Shown here: piece by piece, positions 28,201 to 43,419 of the stretch
How the letters are laid out: every line of letters begins with the position of its first letter
Position numbering within the stretch: position 1 is the first letter of the stretch
Source of the DNA: Eledone cirrhosa
Lineage: Eukaryota
DNA: 64,000 bases
Direction: 5' to 3'
NCBI GenBank assembly: GCA_964016885.1
Contig: OZ024740.1
Coordinates: 28,334,001-28,398,000 of the forward strand
Position numbers and translations under genes: made by a program
The notes under the pieces: generated by a model
Told to the model about the DNA's origin: nothing
Database searches by the model: none
What the model saw: the letters and a program-made list of their open reading frames with translations, nothing else

Positions 28201-31149
28201 GTGATTTTCCTGACAATATGTGATTTTCCTGAGTATATGTGATTTTCCTGAGTATATGTGATTTTCCTGAGTATATGTGATTTTCTTGAGTATATGTGAT
28301 TTTCCTGAGTATATGTGATTTCCCTGAGTATATGTGATTTTCCTGACTATTTGTGATTTCCTGACTATGTGATTTTCTTGACTATATGTGATTTTCCTGA
28401 GTATATGTGATTTTGCTGACTATATGTGATTTTCCTGAGTATATGTGATTTTCCTGACTTTATGTGATTTTCCTGAGTATATGTGATTTTCCTGACTATA
28501 TGTGATTTTCCTGAGTATATGTGATTTTCCTGACTATATGTGATTTTCCTGACAATATGTGATTTTCCTGAGTATGTGTGATTTTCATGAGTATATGTGA
28601 TTTTCATGAGTAAACGTGATTTTCCTGAGTATATGTAATTTCTTTGAGTATATGTGATTTCTCTGACTATATGTGATGTTCCTGAGTATATGTGATCTTC
28701 CTGAGTATATGTGATTTTCCTGAGTATAGGCGATTTTCCTGAGTATATGTGATTTTTCTGACTATATGTGATCTTCCTGAGTATATGTGATTTCCCTGAG
28801 TATATGTGATTTTCCTGAGTATATATGATTTTCCTGAGTATATGTGATTTTCCTGAGTATATGTGATTCCCCTGAATATATGTGATTTTCCAGAGTATAT
28901 GTGATTATTCTGTGTATATATAATTTTCCTGAGTATATGTGACTTTCCTGAGTATATGTGATTTCCCTGAGTATATGTGATTTTCCTCAGTATATGTGAT
29001 TTTCCTGACAATATTTGATTTTCCTGAGTATATGTGATTTTCCTGAGTATATGTGATTTCCCTGAGTATATGTGATTTTCCTGACTATTTGTGATTTTCC
29101 TGACTATGTGATTTTCTTGACTATATGTGATTTTCCTGAGTATATGTGATTTTCCTGACTATATGTGATTTTCCTGAGTATAAAAAATTTCCCTGAGTAT
29201 ATGTGATTTTCCTGAGTATATGTGATTTTCCTGACTATATGTGATTTTCCTGAGTATATGTGATTTCCCTGACTATATGTGATTTTCCTGAGTATATGTA
29301 ATTTCCCTGAGTATATGTGATTTTCCTGAGTATATGTGATTTTCGTGACTATATGTGATTTTCATGATTATATGTGATCTTCCTGAGTATATGTGATTTT
29401 CCTGAGTATGTGTGATTTCCCTGAGTATATGTGATTTCCCTGAGTATATGTGATTTTCCTGAGTATATGTGATTTTCCTGACTGTATGTGATTTTCCTGA
29501 GTATATGTGATTTTCATGACTATATGTGATTTTCCTGAGTATATGTGATTTTCCTGAGTATACGTGATTTCCCTGACTATATGTGATGTTCCTGAGTATA
29601 TGTGATCTTCCTGAGTATATGTGATTTTACTGAGTATAGGCGATTTTCCTGAGTACATGTGATTTTTCTGACTATATGTGATCTTCCTGAGTATATGTGA
29701 TTTCCCTGAGTATATGTGATTTCCCTGACTATATGTGATTTTCATGATTATATGTGATCTTCCTGAGTATATGTGATTTTCCTGAGTATATGTGATTTCC
29801 CTGAGTATATGTGATTTTCATGAGTATATGTGATTTTCATGACTATATGTGATTTTCCTGAGTATATGTGATTTTCATGATTATGTGATTTTCCTGACAA
29901 TATGTGATTTTCCTGAGTATATGTGATTTTCCTGAGTATATGTGATTTTCCTGAGTATATGTGATTTTCTTGAGTATATGTGATTTTCCTGAGTATATGT
30001 GATTTCCCTGAGTATATGTGATTTTCCTGACTATTTGTGATTTTCCTGACTATGTGATTTTCTTGACTATATGTGATTTTCCTGAGTATATGTGATTTTG
30101 CTGACTATATGTGATTTTCCTGAGTATATGTGATTTTCCTGACTTTATGTGATTTTCCTGAGTATATGTGATTTTCCTGACTATATGTGATTTTCCTGAG
30201 TATATGTGATTTTCCTGACTATATGTGATTTTCCTGACAATATGTGATTTTCCTGAGTATGTGTGATTTTCATGAGTATATGTGATTTTCATGAGTATAC
30301 GTGATTCTCCTGGGTATATGTAATTTCTTTGAGTATATGTGATTTCTCTGACTATATGTGATGTTCCTGAGTATATGTGATCTTCCTGAGTATATGTGAT
30401 TTTCCTGAGTATAGGCGATTTTCCTGAGTATATGTGATTTTTCTGACTATATGTGATCTTCCTGAGTATATGTGATTTCCCTGAGTATATGTGATTTTCC
30501 TGAGTATATATGATTTTCCTGAGTATATGTGATTTTCCTGAGTATATGTGATTTCCCTGAATATATGTGATTTTCCAGAGTATATGTGATTATTCTGTGT
30601 ATATATAATTTTCCTGAGTATATGTGACTTTCCTGAGTATATGTGATTTCCCTGAGTATATGTGATTTTCCTCAGTATATGTGATTTTCCTGACAATATT
30701 TGATTTTCCTGAGTATATGTGATTTTCCTGAGTATATGTGATTTCCCTGAGTATATGTGATTTTCCTGACTATTTGTGATTTTCCTGACTATGTGATTTT
30801 CTTGACTATATGTGATTTTCCTGAGTATATGTGATTTTCCTGACTATATGTGATTTTCCTGAGTATATAAAATTTCCCTGAGTATATGTGATTTTCTTGA
30901 CTATATGTCATTTTCCTGAGTATATGTGATTTTCCTGACTATCTGTGATTTTCCTGAGTATATAAAATTTCCCTGAGTATATGTGATTTTCCTGAGTATA
31001 TGTGATTTTCCTGACTATATGTGATTTTCCTGAGTATATGTGATTTCCCTGACTATATGTGATTTTCCTGAGTATATGTAATTTCCCTGAGTATATGTGA
31101 TTTTCCTGAGTATATGTGATTTTCATGATTATATGTGATTTTCCTGAGT

Positions 31150-34100
31150 ATACGTGATTTTCATGACTATGTGATTTTCCTGACAATATGTGATTTTCCT
31201 GAGTATATGTGATTTTCCTGAGTATATGTGATTTTCCTGAGTATATGTGATTTTCTTGAGTATATGTGATTTTCCTGAGTATATGTGATTTCCCTGAGTA
31301 TATGTGATTTTCCTGACTATTTGTGATTTTCCTGACTATGTGATTTTCTTGACTATATGTGATTTTCCTGAGTATATGTGATTTTCATGAGTATATGTGA
31401 TATTCCTGAGTATATGTGATTTTCCTGACTATATGTGATTTTCCTGAGTATATGTGATCTTCCTGAGTATATGTGATTTTCCTGAGTATATGCGATTTTC
31501 CTGAGTATATGTGATTTTCCTGAGTATATGAAATTTCCCTGAGTATATGTGATTTTCCTGATTATTTGTGATTTTCCTGACTGTGATTTTCTTGACTATA
31601 TGTGATTTTCTTGAGTATATGTGATTTTCCTGACTATATGTGATTTTCCTGAGTATATAAAATTTCCCTGAGTATATGTGATTTTCCTGAGTATATGTGA
31701 TTTTCCTGACAATATGTGATTTTCCTAAGTATATGTGATTTCCCTGACTATATGTGATTTTCCTGAGTATATGTAATTTCCCTGAGTATATGTGATTTTC
31801 CTGAGTATATGTGATCTCCTGACTATATGTGATTTTCCTGAGTATATGTGATTTCCCTGACTATATGTGATTTCCCTGAGTATATGTGATTTTCCTGAGT
31901 ATATGTGATTTTCGTGAGTATATGTGATTTCCCTGACTATATGTGATTTTCATGATTATATGTGATCTTCCTGAGTATATGTGATTTTCCTGAGTATATG
32001 TGATTTCCCTGAGTATATGTGATTTTCCTGAGTATATGTGATTTTCATGACTATATGTGATTTTCCTGAGTATATGTGATTTTCATGATTATGTGATTTT
32101 CATGACTATATGTGATTTTCCTGAGTATATGTGATTTTCCTGACTATATGTGATTTTCCTGACAATATGTGATTTTCCTGAGTATGTGTGATTTTCATGA
32201 GTATATGTGATTTTCATGAGTATACGTGATTTTCCTGAGTATATGTAATTTCTTTGAGTATATGTGATTTCCCTGACTATATGTGATGTTCCTGAGTATA
32301 TGTGATCTTCCCGAGTATATGTGATTTTCCTGAGTATAGGCGATTTTCCTGAGTACATGTGATTTTTCTGACTATAAGTGATCTTCCTGAGTATATGTGA
32401 TTTCCCTGAGTATATGTGATTTCCCTGACTATATGTGATTTTCATGATTATATGTGATCTTCCTGAGTATATGTGATTTTCCTGAGTATATGTGATTTCC
32501 CTGAGTATATGTGATTTTCCTGAGTATATGTGATTTTCATGACTATATGTGATTTTCCTGAGTATATGTGATTTTCATGATTATGTGATTTTCCTGACAA
32601 TATGTGATTTTCCTGAGTATATGTGATTTTCCTGAGTATATGTGATTTTCCTAAGTATATGTGATTTTCTTGAGTATATGTGATTTTCCTGAGTATATGT
32701 GATTTTCCTGAGTATATGTGATTTCCCTGACTATATGTGATTTTCATGATTATATGTGATCTTCCTGAGTATATGTGATTTTCCTGAGTATATGTGATTT
32801 CCCTGAGTATATGTGATTTTCCTGAGTATATGTGATTTTCATGACTATATGTGATTTTCCTGAGTATATGTGATTTTCATGATTATGTGATTTTCATGAC
32901 TATATGTGATTTTCCTGAGTATACGTGATTTTCCTGACAATATGTGATTTTCCTGAGTATGTGTGATTTTCATGAGTATATGTGATTTTCATGAGTATAC
33001 GTGATTTTCCTGAGTATATGTAATTTCTTTGAGTATATGTGATTTCCCTGACTATATGTGATGTTCCTGAGTATATGTGATCTTCCTGAGTATATGTGAT
33101 TTTCCTGAGTATAGGCGATTTTCCTGAGTACATGTGATTTTTCTGACTATATGTGATCTTCCTGAGTATATGTGATTTCCCTGAGTATATGTGATTTCAT
33201 TGACTATATGTGATTTTCATGATTATATGTGATCTTCCTGAGTATATGTGATTTTCCTGAGTATATGTGATTTCCCTGAGTATATGTGATTTTCCTGAGT
33301 ATATGTGATTTTCATGACTATATGTGATTTTCCTGAGTATATGTGATTTTCATGATTATGTGATTTTCCTGACAATATGTGATTTTCCTGAGTATATGTG
33401 ATTTTCCTGAGTATATGTGATTTTCCTGAGTATATGTGATTTTCTTGAGTATATGTGATTTTCCTGAGTATATGTGATTTCCCTGAGTATATGTGATTTT
33501 CCTGACTATTTGTGATTTTCCTGACTATGTGATTTTCTTGACCATATGTGATTTTCCTGAGTATATGTGATTTTGCTGACTATATGTGATTTTCCTGAGT
33601 ATATGTGATTTTCCTGACTTTATGTGATTTTCCTGAGTATATGTGATTTTGCTGACTATATGTGATTTTCCTGAGTATATGTGATTTTCCTGACTATATG
33701 TGATTTTCCTGACAATATGTGATTTTCCTGAGTATGTGTGATTTTCATGAGTATATGTGATTTTCATGAGTATACGTGATTTTCCTGAGTATATGTAATT
33801 TCTTTGAGTATATGTGATTTATCTGACTATATGTGATGTTCCTGAGTATATGTGATCTTCCTGAGTATATGTGATTTTCCTGAGTATAGGCGATTTTCCT
33901 GAGTATATGTGATTTTCCTGAGTATATGTGATTTCCCTGAATATATGTGATTTTCCAGAGTATATGTAAATTATTCTGTGTATATATAATTTTCCTGAGT
34001 ATATGTGACTTTCCTGAGTATATGTGATTTCCCTGAGTATATGTGATTTTCCTCAGTATATGTGATTTTCCTGACAATATTTGATTTTCCTGAGTATATG

Positions 34101-37100
34101 TGATTTTCCTGAGTATATGTGATTTCCCTGAGTATATGTGATTTTCCTGACTATTTGTGATTTTCCTGACTATGTGATTTTCTTGACTATATGTGATTTT
34201 CCTGAGTATATGTGATTTTCCTGACTATATGTGATTTTCCTGAGTATATAAAATTTCCCTGAGTATATGTGATTTTCCTGAGTATATGTGATTTTCCTGA
34301 CTATATGTGATTTTCCTGAGTATATGTGATTTCCCTGACTATATGTGATTTTCCTGAGTATATGTAATTTCCCTGAGTATATGTGATTTTCCTGAGTATA
34401 TGTGATTTCCCTGACTATATGTGATTTTCATGATTATATGTGATCTTCCTGAGTATATGTGATTTTCCTGAGTATATGTGATTTCCCTGAGTATATGTGA
34501 TTTTCCTGAGTATATGTGATTTTCATGAGTATATGTGATTTTCCTGAGTATACGTGATTTTCATGACTATGTGATTTTCCTGACAATATGTGATTTTCCT
34601 GAGTATATGTGATTTTCCTGAGTATATGTGATTTTCCTGAGTATATGTGATTTTCTTGAGTATATGTGATTTTCCTGAGTATATGTGATTTCCCTGAGTA
34701 TATGTGATTTTCCTGACTATTTGTGATTTTCCTGACTATGTGATTTTCTTGACTATATGTGATTTTCCTGAGTATATGTGATTTTCATGAGTATATGTGA
34801 TATTCCTGAGTATATGTGATTTTCCTGAGTATATGTGATCTTCCTGAGTATATGTGATTTTCCTGAGTATATGCGATTTTCCTGAGTATATGTGATTTTC
34901 CTGAGTATATGAAATTTCCCTGAGTATATGTGATTTTCCTGATTATTTGTGATTTTCCTGACTATGTGATTTTCTTGACTATATGTGATTTTCCTGAGTA
35001 TATGTGATTTTTCTGACTGTATGTGATTTTCCTGAGTATATGTAATTTCCCTGAGTATATGTGATTTTCCTGAGTATATGTGATTTCCCTGAGTATATGT
35101 GATTTTCCTGAGTATATGTGATTTTCCTGAGTATATGTGATTTTCTTGAGTATATGTGATTTTCCTGAGTATATGTGATTTCCCTGAGTATATGTGATTT
35201 TCCTGACTATTTGTGATTTTCCTGACTATGTGATTTTCTTGACTATATGTGATTTTTCTGAGTATATGTGATTTTGCTGACTATATGTGATTTTCCTGAG
35301 TATATGTGATTTTCCTGACTTTATGTGATTTTTCTGAGTATATGTGATTTTCCTGACTATATGTGATTTTCCTGAGTATATGTGATTTTCCTGACTATAT
35401 GTGATTTTCCTGACAATATGTGATTTTCCTGAGTATGTGTGATTTTCATGAGTATATGTGATTTTCATGAGTATACGTGATTTTCCTGGGTATATGTAAT
35501 TTCTTTGAGTATATGTGATTTCTCTGACTATATGTGATTTTCCTGAGTATATAAAATTTCCCTGAGTATATGTGATTTTCTTGACTATATGTGATTTTCC
35601 TGAGTATATGTGATTTTCCTGACTATATGTGATTTTCCTGAGTATATAAAATTTCCCTGAGTATATGTGATTTTCCTGAGTATATGTGATTTTCCTGACT
35701 ATATGTGATTTTCCTGAGTATATGTGATTTCCCTGACTATATGTGATTTTCCTGAGTATATGTAATTTCCCTGAGTATATGTGATTTTCCTGAGTATATG
35801 TGATTTCCCTGACTATATGTGATTTTCATGATTATATGTGATCTTCCTGAGTATATGTGATTTTCCTGAGTATATGTGATTTCCCTGAGTATATGTGATT
35901 TTCCTGAGTATATGTGATTTTCATGAGTATATGTGATTTTCCTGAGTATACGTGATTTTCATGACTATGTGATTTTCCTGACAATATGTGATTTTCCTGA
36001 GTATATGTGATTTTCCTGAGTATATGTGATTTTCTTGAGTATATGTGATTTTCCTGAGTATATGTGATTTCCCTGAGTATATGTGATTTTCCTGACTATT
36101 TGTGATTTTCCTGACTATGTGATTTTCTTGACTATATGTGATTTTCCTGAGTATATGTGATTTTCATGAGTATATGTGATATTCCTGAGTATATGTGATT
36201 TTCCTGACTATATGTGATTTTCCTGAGTATATGTGATCTTCCTGAGTATATGTGATTTTCCTGAGTATATGCGATTTTCCTGAGTATATGTGATTTTCCT
36301 GAGTATATGAAATTTCCCTGAGTATATGTGATTTTCCTGATTATTTGTGATTTTCCTGACTGTGATTTTCTTGACTATATGTGATTTTCTTGAGTATATG
36401 TGATTTTCCTGACTATATGTGATTTTCCTGAGTATATAAAATTTCCCTGAGTATATGTGATTTTCCTGAGTATATGTGATTTTCCTGACTATATGTGATT
36501 TTTCTAATTATATGTGATTTCCCTGACTATATGTGATTTTCCTGAGTATATGTAATTTCCCTGAGTATATGTGATTTTCCTGAGTATATGTGATCTCCTG
36601 ACTATATGTGATTTTCCTGAGTATATGTGATTTCCCTGACTATATGTGATTTCCCTGAGTATGTGTGATTTTCCTGAGTATATGTGATTTTCATGACTAT
36701 ATGTGATTTTCCTGAGTATATGTGATTTTCATGATTATGTGATTTTCATGACTATATGTGATTTTCCTGAGTATATGTGATTTTCCTGACTATATGTGAT
36801 TTTCCTGACAATATGTGATTTTCCTGAGTATGTGTGATTTTCATGAGTATATGTGATTTTCATGAGTATACGTGATTTTCCTGAGTATATGTAATTTCTT
36901 TGAGTATATGTGATTTCCCTGACTATATGTGATGTTCCTGAGTATATGTGATCTTCCCGAGTATATGTGATTTTCCTGAGTATAGGCGATTTTCCTGAGT
37001 ACATGTGATTTTTCTGACTATATGTGATCTTCCTGAGTATATGTGATTTCCCTGAGTATATGTGATTTCATTGACTATATGTGATTTTCATGATTATATG

Positions 37101-39200
37101 TGATCTTCCTGAGTATATGTGATTTTCCTGAGTATATGTGATTTCCCTGAGTATATGTGATTTTCCTGAGTATATGTGATTTTCATGACTATATGTGATT
37201 TTCCTGAGTATATGTGATTTTCATGATTATGTGATTTTCCTGACAATATGTGATTTTCCTGAGTATATGTGATTTTCCTGAGTATATGTGATTTTCCTGA
37301 GTATATGTGATTTTCTTGAGTATATGTGATTTTCCTGAGTATATGTGATTTTCCTGAGTATATGTGATTTCCCTGACTATATGTGATTTTCATGATTATA
37401 TGTGATCTTCCTGAGTATATGTGATTTTCCTGAGTATATGTGATTTCCCTGAGTATATGTGATTTTCCTGAGTATATGTGATTTTCATGACTATATGTGA
37501 TTTTCCTGAGTATATGTGATTTTCATGATTATGTGATTTTCATGACTATATGTGATTTTCCTGAGTATACGTGATTTTCCTGACTATATGTGATTTTCCT
37601 GACAATATGTGATTTTCCTGAGTATGTGTGATTTTCATGAGTATACGTGATTTTCCTGAGTATATGTAATTTCTTTGAGTATATGTGATTTCCCTGACTA
37701 TATGTGATGTTCCTGAGTATATGTGATCTTCCTGAGTATATGTGATTTTCCTGAGTATAGGCGATTTTCCTGAGTACATGTGATTTTTCTGACTATATGT
37801 GATCTTCCTGAGTATATGTGATTTCCCTGAGTATATGTGATTTCATTGACTATACGTGATTTTCATGATTATATGTGATCTTCCTGAGTATATGTGATTT
37901 TCCTGAGTATATGTGATTTCCCTGAGTATATGTGATTTTCCTGAGTATATGTGATTTTCATGACTATATGTGATTTTCCTGAGTATATGTGATTTTCATG
38001 ATTATGTGATTTTCCTGACAATATGTGATTTTCCTGAGTATATGTGATTTTCCTGAGTATATGTGATTTTCCTGAGTATATGTGATTTTCTTGAGTATAT
38101 GTGATTTTCCTGAGTATATGTGATTTCCCTGAGTATATGTGATTTTCCTGACTATTTGTGATTTTCCTGACTATGTGATTTTCTTGACCATATGTGGTTT
38201 TCCTGAGTATATGTGATTTTGCTGACTATATGTGATTTTCCTGAGTATATGTGATTTTCCTGACTTTATGTGATTTTCCTGAGTATATGTGATTTTGCTG
38301 ACTATATGTGATTTTCCTGAGTATATGTGATTTTCCTGACTATATGTGATTTTCCTGACAATATGTGATTTTCCTGAGTATGTGTGATTTTCATGAGTAT
38401 ATGTGATTTTCATGAGTATACGTGATTTTCCTGAGTATATGTAATTTCTTTGAGTATATGTGATTTCTCTGACTATATGTGATGTTCCTGAGTATATGTG
38501 ATCTTCCTGAGTATATGTGATTTTCCTGAGTATAGGCGATTTTCCTGAGTATATGTGATTTTCCTGAGTATATGTGATTTCCCTGAATATATGTGATTTT
38601 CCAGAGTATATGTGATTATTCTGTGTATATATAATTTTCCTGAGTATATGTGACTTTCCTGAGTATATGTGATTTCCCTGAGTATATGTGATTTTCCTCA
38701 GTATATGTGATTTTCCTGACAATATTTGATTTTCCTGAGTATATGTGATTTTCCTGAGTATATGTGATTTCCCTGAGTATATGTGATTTTCCTGACTATT
38801 TGTGATTTTCCTGACTATGTGATTTTCTTGACTATATGTGATTTTCCTGAGTATATGTGATTTTCCTGACTATATGTGATTTTCCTGAGTATATAAAATT
38901 TCCCTGAGTATATGTGATTTTCCTGAGTATATGTGATTTTCCTGACTATATGTGATTTTCATGAGTATATGTGATTTCACTGACTATATGTGATTTTCCT
39001 GAGTATATGTAATTTCCCTGAGTATATGTGATTTTCCTGAGTATATGTGATTTCCCTGACTATATGTGATTTTCATGATTATATGTGATCTTCCTGAGTA
39101 TATGTGATTTTCCTGAGTATATGTGATTTCCCTGAGTATATGTGATTTTCCTGAGTATATGTGATTTTCATGAGTATATGTGATTTTCCTGAGTATACGT
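31150..39200. repeat. About 4.65-4.78 kb higher-order duplication
   Basis: ORF starts 32089/36735, 32448/37094, 32900/37546 and 33525/38171 sit at +4,646. CCCGAG is at 32310/36956, and the 15-bp monomer is at 31579/36358 (+4,779). Confidence 0.8.
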
Positions 39201-42200
39201 GATTTTCATGACTATGTGATTTTCCTGAGTATATGTGATTTCCCTGAGTATATGTGATTTTCCTCAGTATATGTGATTTTCCTGATAATATTTGATTTTC
39301 CTGAGTATATGTGATTTTCCTGAGTATATGTGATTTCCCTGAGTATATGTGATTTTCCTGACTATTTGTGATTTTCCTGACTATGTGATTTTCTTGACTA
39401 TATGTGATTTTCCTGAGTATATGTGATTTTCCTGACTATATGTGATTTCCCTGACTATATGTGATTTCCCTGAGTATGTGTGATTTTCCTGAGTATATGT
39501 GATTTTCATGACTATATGTGATTTTCCTGAGTATATGTGATTTTCATGATTATGTGATTTTCATGACTATATGTGATTTTCCTGAGTATATGTGATTTTC
39601 CTGACTATATGTGATTTTCCTGACAATATGTGATTTTCCTGAGTATGTGTGATTTTCATGAGTATATGTGATTTTCATGAGTATACGTGATTTTCCTGAG
39701 TATATGTAATTTCTTTGAGTATATGTGATTTCCCTGACTATATGTGATGTTCCTGAGTATATGTGATCTTCCCGAGTATATGTGATTTTCCTGAGTATAG
39801 GCGATTTTCCTGAGTACATGTGATTTTTCTGACTATATGTGATCTTCCTGAGTATATGTGATTTCCCTGAGTATATGTGATTTCATTGACTATATGTGAT
39901 TTTCATGATTATATGTGATCTTCCTGAGTATATGTGATTTTCCTGAGTATATGTGATTTCCCTGAGTATATGTGATTTTCCTGAGTATATGTGATTTTCA
40001 TGACTATATGTGATTTTCCTGAGTATATGTGATTTTCATGATTATGTGATTTTCCTGACAATATGTGATTTTCCTGAGTATATGTGATTTTCCTGAGTAT
40101 ATGTGATTTTCCTGAGTATATGTGATTTTCTTGAGTATATGTGATTTTCCTGAGTATATGTGATTTTCCTGAGTATATGTGATTTCCCTGACTATATGTG
40201 ATTTTCATGATTATATGTGATCTTCCTGAGTATATGTGATTTTCCTGAGTATATGTGATTTCCCTGAGTATATGTGATTTTCCTGAGTATATGTGATTTT
40301 CATGACTATATGTGATTTTCCTGAGTATATGTGATTTTCATGATTATGTGATTTTCATGACTATATGTGATTTTCCTGAGTATACGTGATTTTCCTGACT
40401 ATATGTGATTTTCCTGACAATATGTGATTTTCCTGAGTATGTGTGATTTTCATGAGTATACGTGATTTTCCTGAGTATATGTAATTTCTTTGAGTATATG
40501 TGATTTCCCTGACTATATGTGATGTTCCTGAGTATATGTGATCTTCCTGAGTATATGTGATTTTCCTGAGTATAGGCGATTTTCCTGAGTACATGTGATT
40601 TTTCTGACTATATGTGATCTTCCTGAGTATATGTGATTTCCCTGAGTATATGTGATTTCATTGACTATACGTGATTTTCATGATTATATGTGATCTTCCT
40701 GAGTATATGTGATTTTCCTGAGTATATGTGATTTCCCTGAGTATATGTGATTTTCCTGAGTATATGTGATTTTCATGACTATATGTGATTTTCCTGAGTA
40801 TATGTGATTTTCATGATTATGTGATTTTCCTGACAATATGTGATTTTCCTGAGTATATGTGATTTTCCTGAGTATATGTGATTTTCCTGAGTATATGTGA
40901 TTTTCTTGAGTATATGTGATTTTCCTGAGTATATGTGATTTCCCTGAGTATATGTGATTTTCCTGACTATTTGTGATTTTCCTGACTATGTGATTTTCTT
41001 GACCATATGTGGTTTTCCTGAGTATATGTGATTTTGCTGACTATATGTGATTTTCCTGAGTATATGTGATTTTCCTGACTTTATGTGATTTTCCTGAGTA
41101 TATGTGATTTTGCTGACTATATGTGATTTTCCTGAGTATATGTGATTTTCCTGACTATATGTGATTTTCCTGACAATATGTGATTTTCCTGAGTATGTGT
41201 GATTTTCATGAGTATATGTGATTTTCATGAGTATACGTGATTTTCCTGAGTATATGTAATTTCTTTGAGTATATGTGATTTCTCTGACTATATGTGATGT
41301 TCCTGAGTATATGTGATCTTCCTGAGTATATGTGATTTTCCTGAGTATAGGCGATTTTCCTGAGTATATGTGATTTTCCTGAGTATATGTGATTTCCCTG
41401 AATATATGTGATTTTCCAGAGTATATGTGATTATTCTGTGTATATATAATTTTCCTGAGTATATGTGACTTTCCTGAGTATATGTGATTTCCCTGAGTAT
41501 ATGTGATTTTCCTCAGTATATGTGATTTTCCTGACAATATTTGATTTTCCTGAGTATATGTGATTTTCCTGAGTATATGTGATTTCCCTGAGTATATGTG
41601 ATTTTCCTGACTATTTGTGATTTTCCTGACTATGTGATTTTCTTGACTATATGTGATTTTCCTGAGTATATGTGATTTTCCTGACTATATGTGATTTTCC
41701 TGAGTATATAAAATTTCCCTGAGTATATGTGATTTTCCTGAGTATATGTGATTTTCCTGACTATATGTGATTTTCATGAGTATATGTGATTTCACTGACT
41801 ATATGTGATTTTCCTGAGTATATGTAATTTCCCTGAGTATATGTGATTTTCCTGAGTATATGTGATTTCCCTGACTATATGTGATTTTCATGATTATATG
41901 TGATCTTCCTGAGTATATGTGATTTTCCTGAGTATATGTGATTTCCCTGAGTATATGTGATTTTCCTGAGTATATGTGATTTTCATGAGTATATGTGATT
42001 TTCCTGAGTATACGTGATTTTCATGACTATGTGATTTTCCTGAGTATATGTGATTTCCCTGAGTATATGTGATTTTCCTCAGTATATGTGATTTTCCTGA
42101 TAATATTTGATTTTCCTGAGTATATGTGATTTTCCTGAGTATATGTGATTTCCCTGAGTATATGTGATTTTCCTGACTATTTGTGATTTTCCTGACTATG

Positions 42201-42250
42201 TGATTTTCTTGACTATATGTGATTTTCCTGAGTATATGTGATTTTCCTGA
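36620..42250. repeat. 2,815-bp tandem duplication (two copies)
   Basis: ORF pairs 36735/39550, 37094/39909, 37546/40361 and 38171/40986 all sit at +2,815. The private variant GATAAT is at 39284 and 42099. Confidence 0.92.
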
Positions 42251-43419
42251 CTATATGTGATTTTCCTGAGTATATAAAATTTCCCTGAGTATATGTGATT
42301 TTCCTGAGTATATGTGATTTTCCTGACTATATGTGATTTTCCTGAGTATATAAAATTTCCCTGAGTATATGTGATTTTCCTGAGTATATGTGATTTTCCT
42401 GACTATATGTGATTTTCCTGAGTATATGTGATTTTCATGACTATATGTGATTTTCCTGAGTATATGTGATTTTCCTGACTATATGTGATTTTCCTGACAA
42501 TATGTGATTTTCCTGAGTATGTGTGATTTCCCTGAGTATATGTGATTTTCATGAGTATATGTGATTTCCCTGAGTATATGTGATTTTCCTGAGTATATGT
42601 GATTTTCATGACTATATGTGATTTTCCTGAGTATATGTGATTTTCATGATTATGTGATTTTCCTGACAATATGTGATTTTCCTGAGTATATGTGATTTTC
42701 CTGAGTATATGTGATTTTCCTGAGTATATGTGATTTTCTTGAGTATATGTGATTTTCCTGAGTATATGTGATTTCCCTGAGTATATGTGATTTTCCTGAC
42801 TATTTGTGATTTTCCTGACTATGTGATTTTCTTGACCATATGTGATTTTCCTGAGTATATGTGATTTTGCTGACTATATGTGATTTTCCTGAGTATATGT
42901 GATTTTCCTGACTTTATGTGATTTTCCTGAGTATATGTGATTTTGCTGACTATATGTGATTTTCCTGAGTATATGTGATTTTCCTGACTATATGTGATTT
43001 TCCTGACAATATGTGATTTTCCCGAGTATGTGTGATTTTCATGAGTATATGTGATTTTCATGAGTATACGTGATTTTCCTGAGTATATGTAATTTCTTTG
43101 AGTATATGTGATTTCTCTGACTATATGTGATGTTCCTGAGTATATGTGATCTTCCTGAGTATATGTGATTTTCCTGAGTATAGGCGATTTTCCTGAGTAT
43201 ATGTGATTTTCCTGAGTATATGTGATTTCCCTGAATATATGTGATTTTCCAGAGTATATGTGATTATTCTGTGTATATATAATTTTCCTGAGTATATGTG
43301 ACTTTCCTGAGTATATGTGATTTCCCTGAGTATATGTGATTTTCCTCAGTATATGTGATTTTCCTGACAATATTTGATTTTCCTGAGTATATGTGATTTT
43401 CCTGAGTATATGTGATTTT

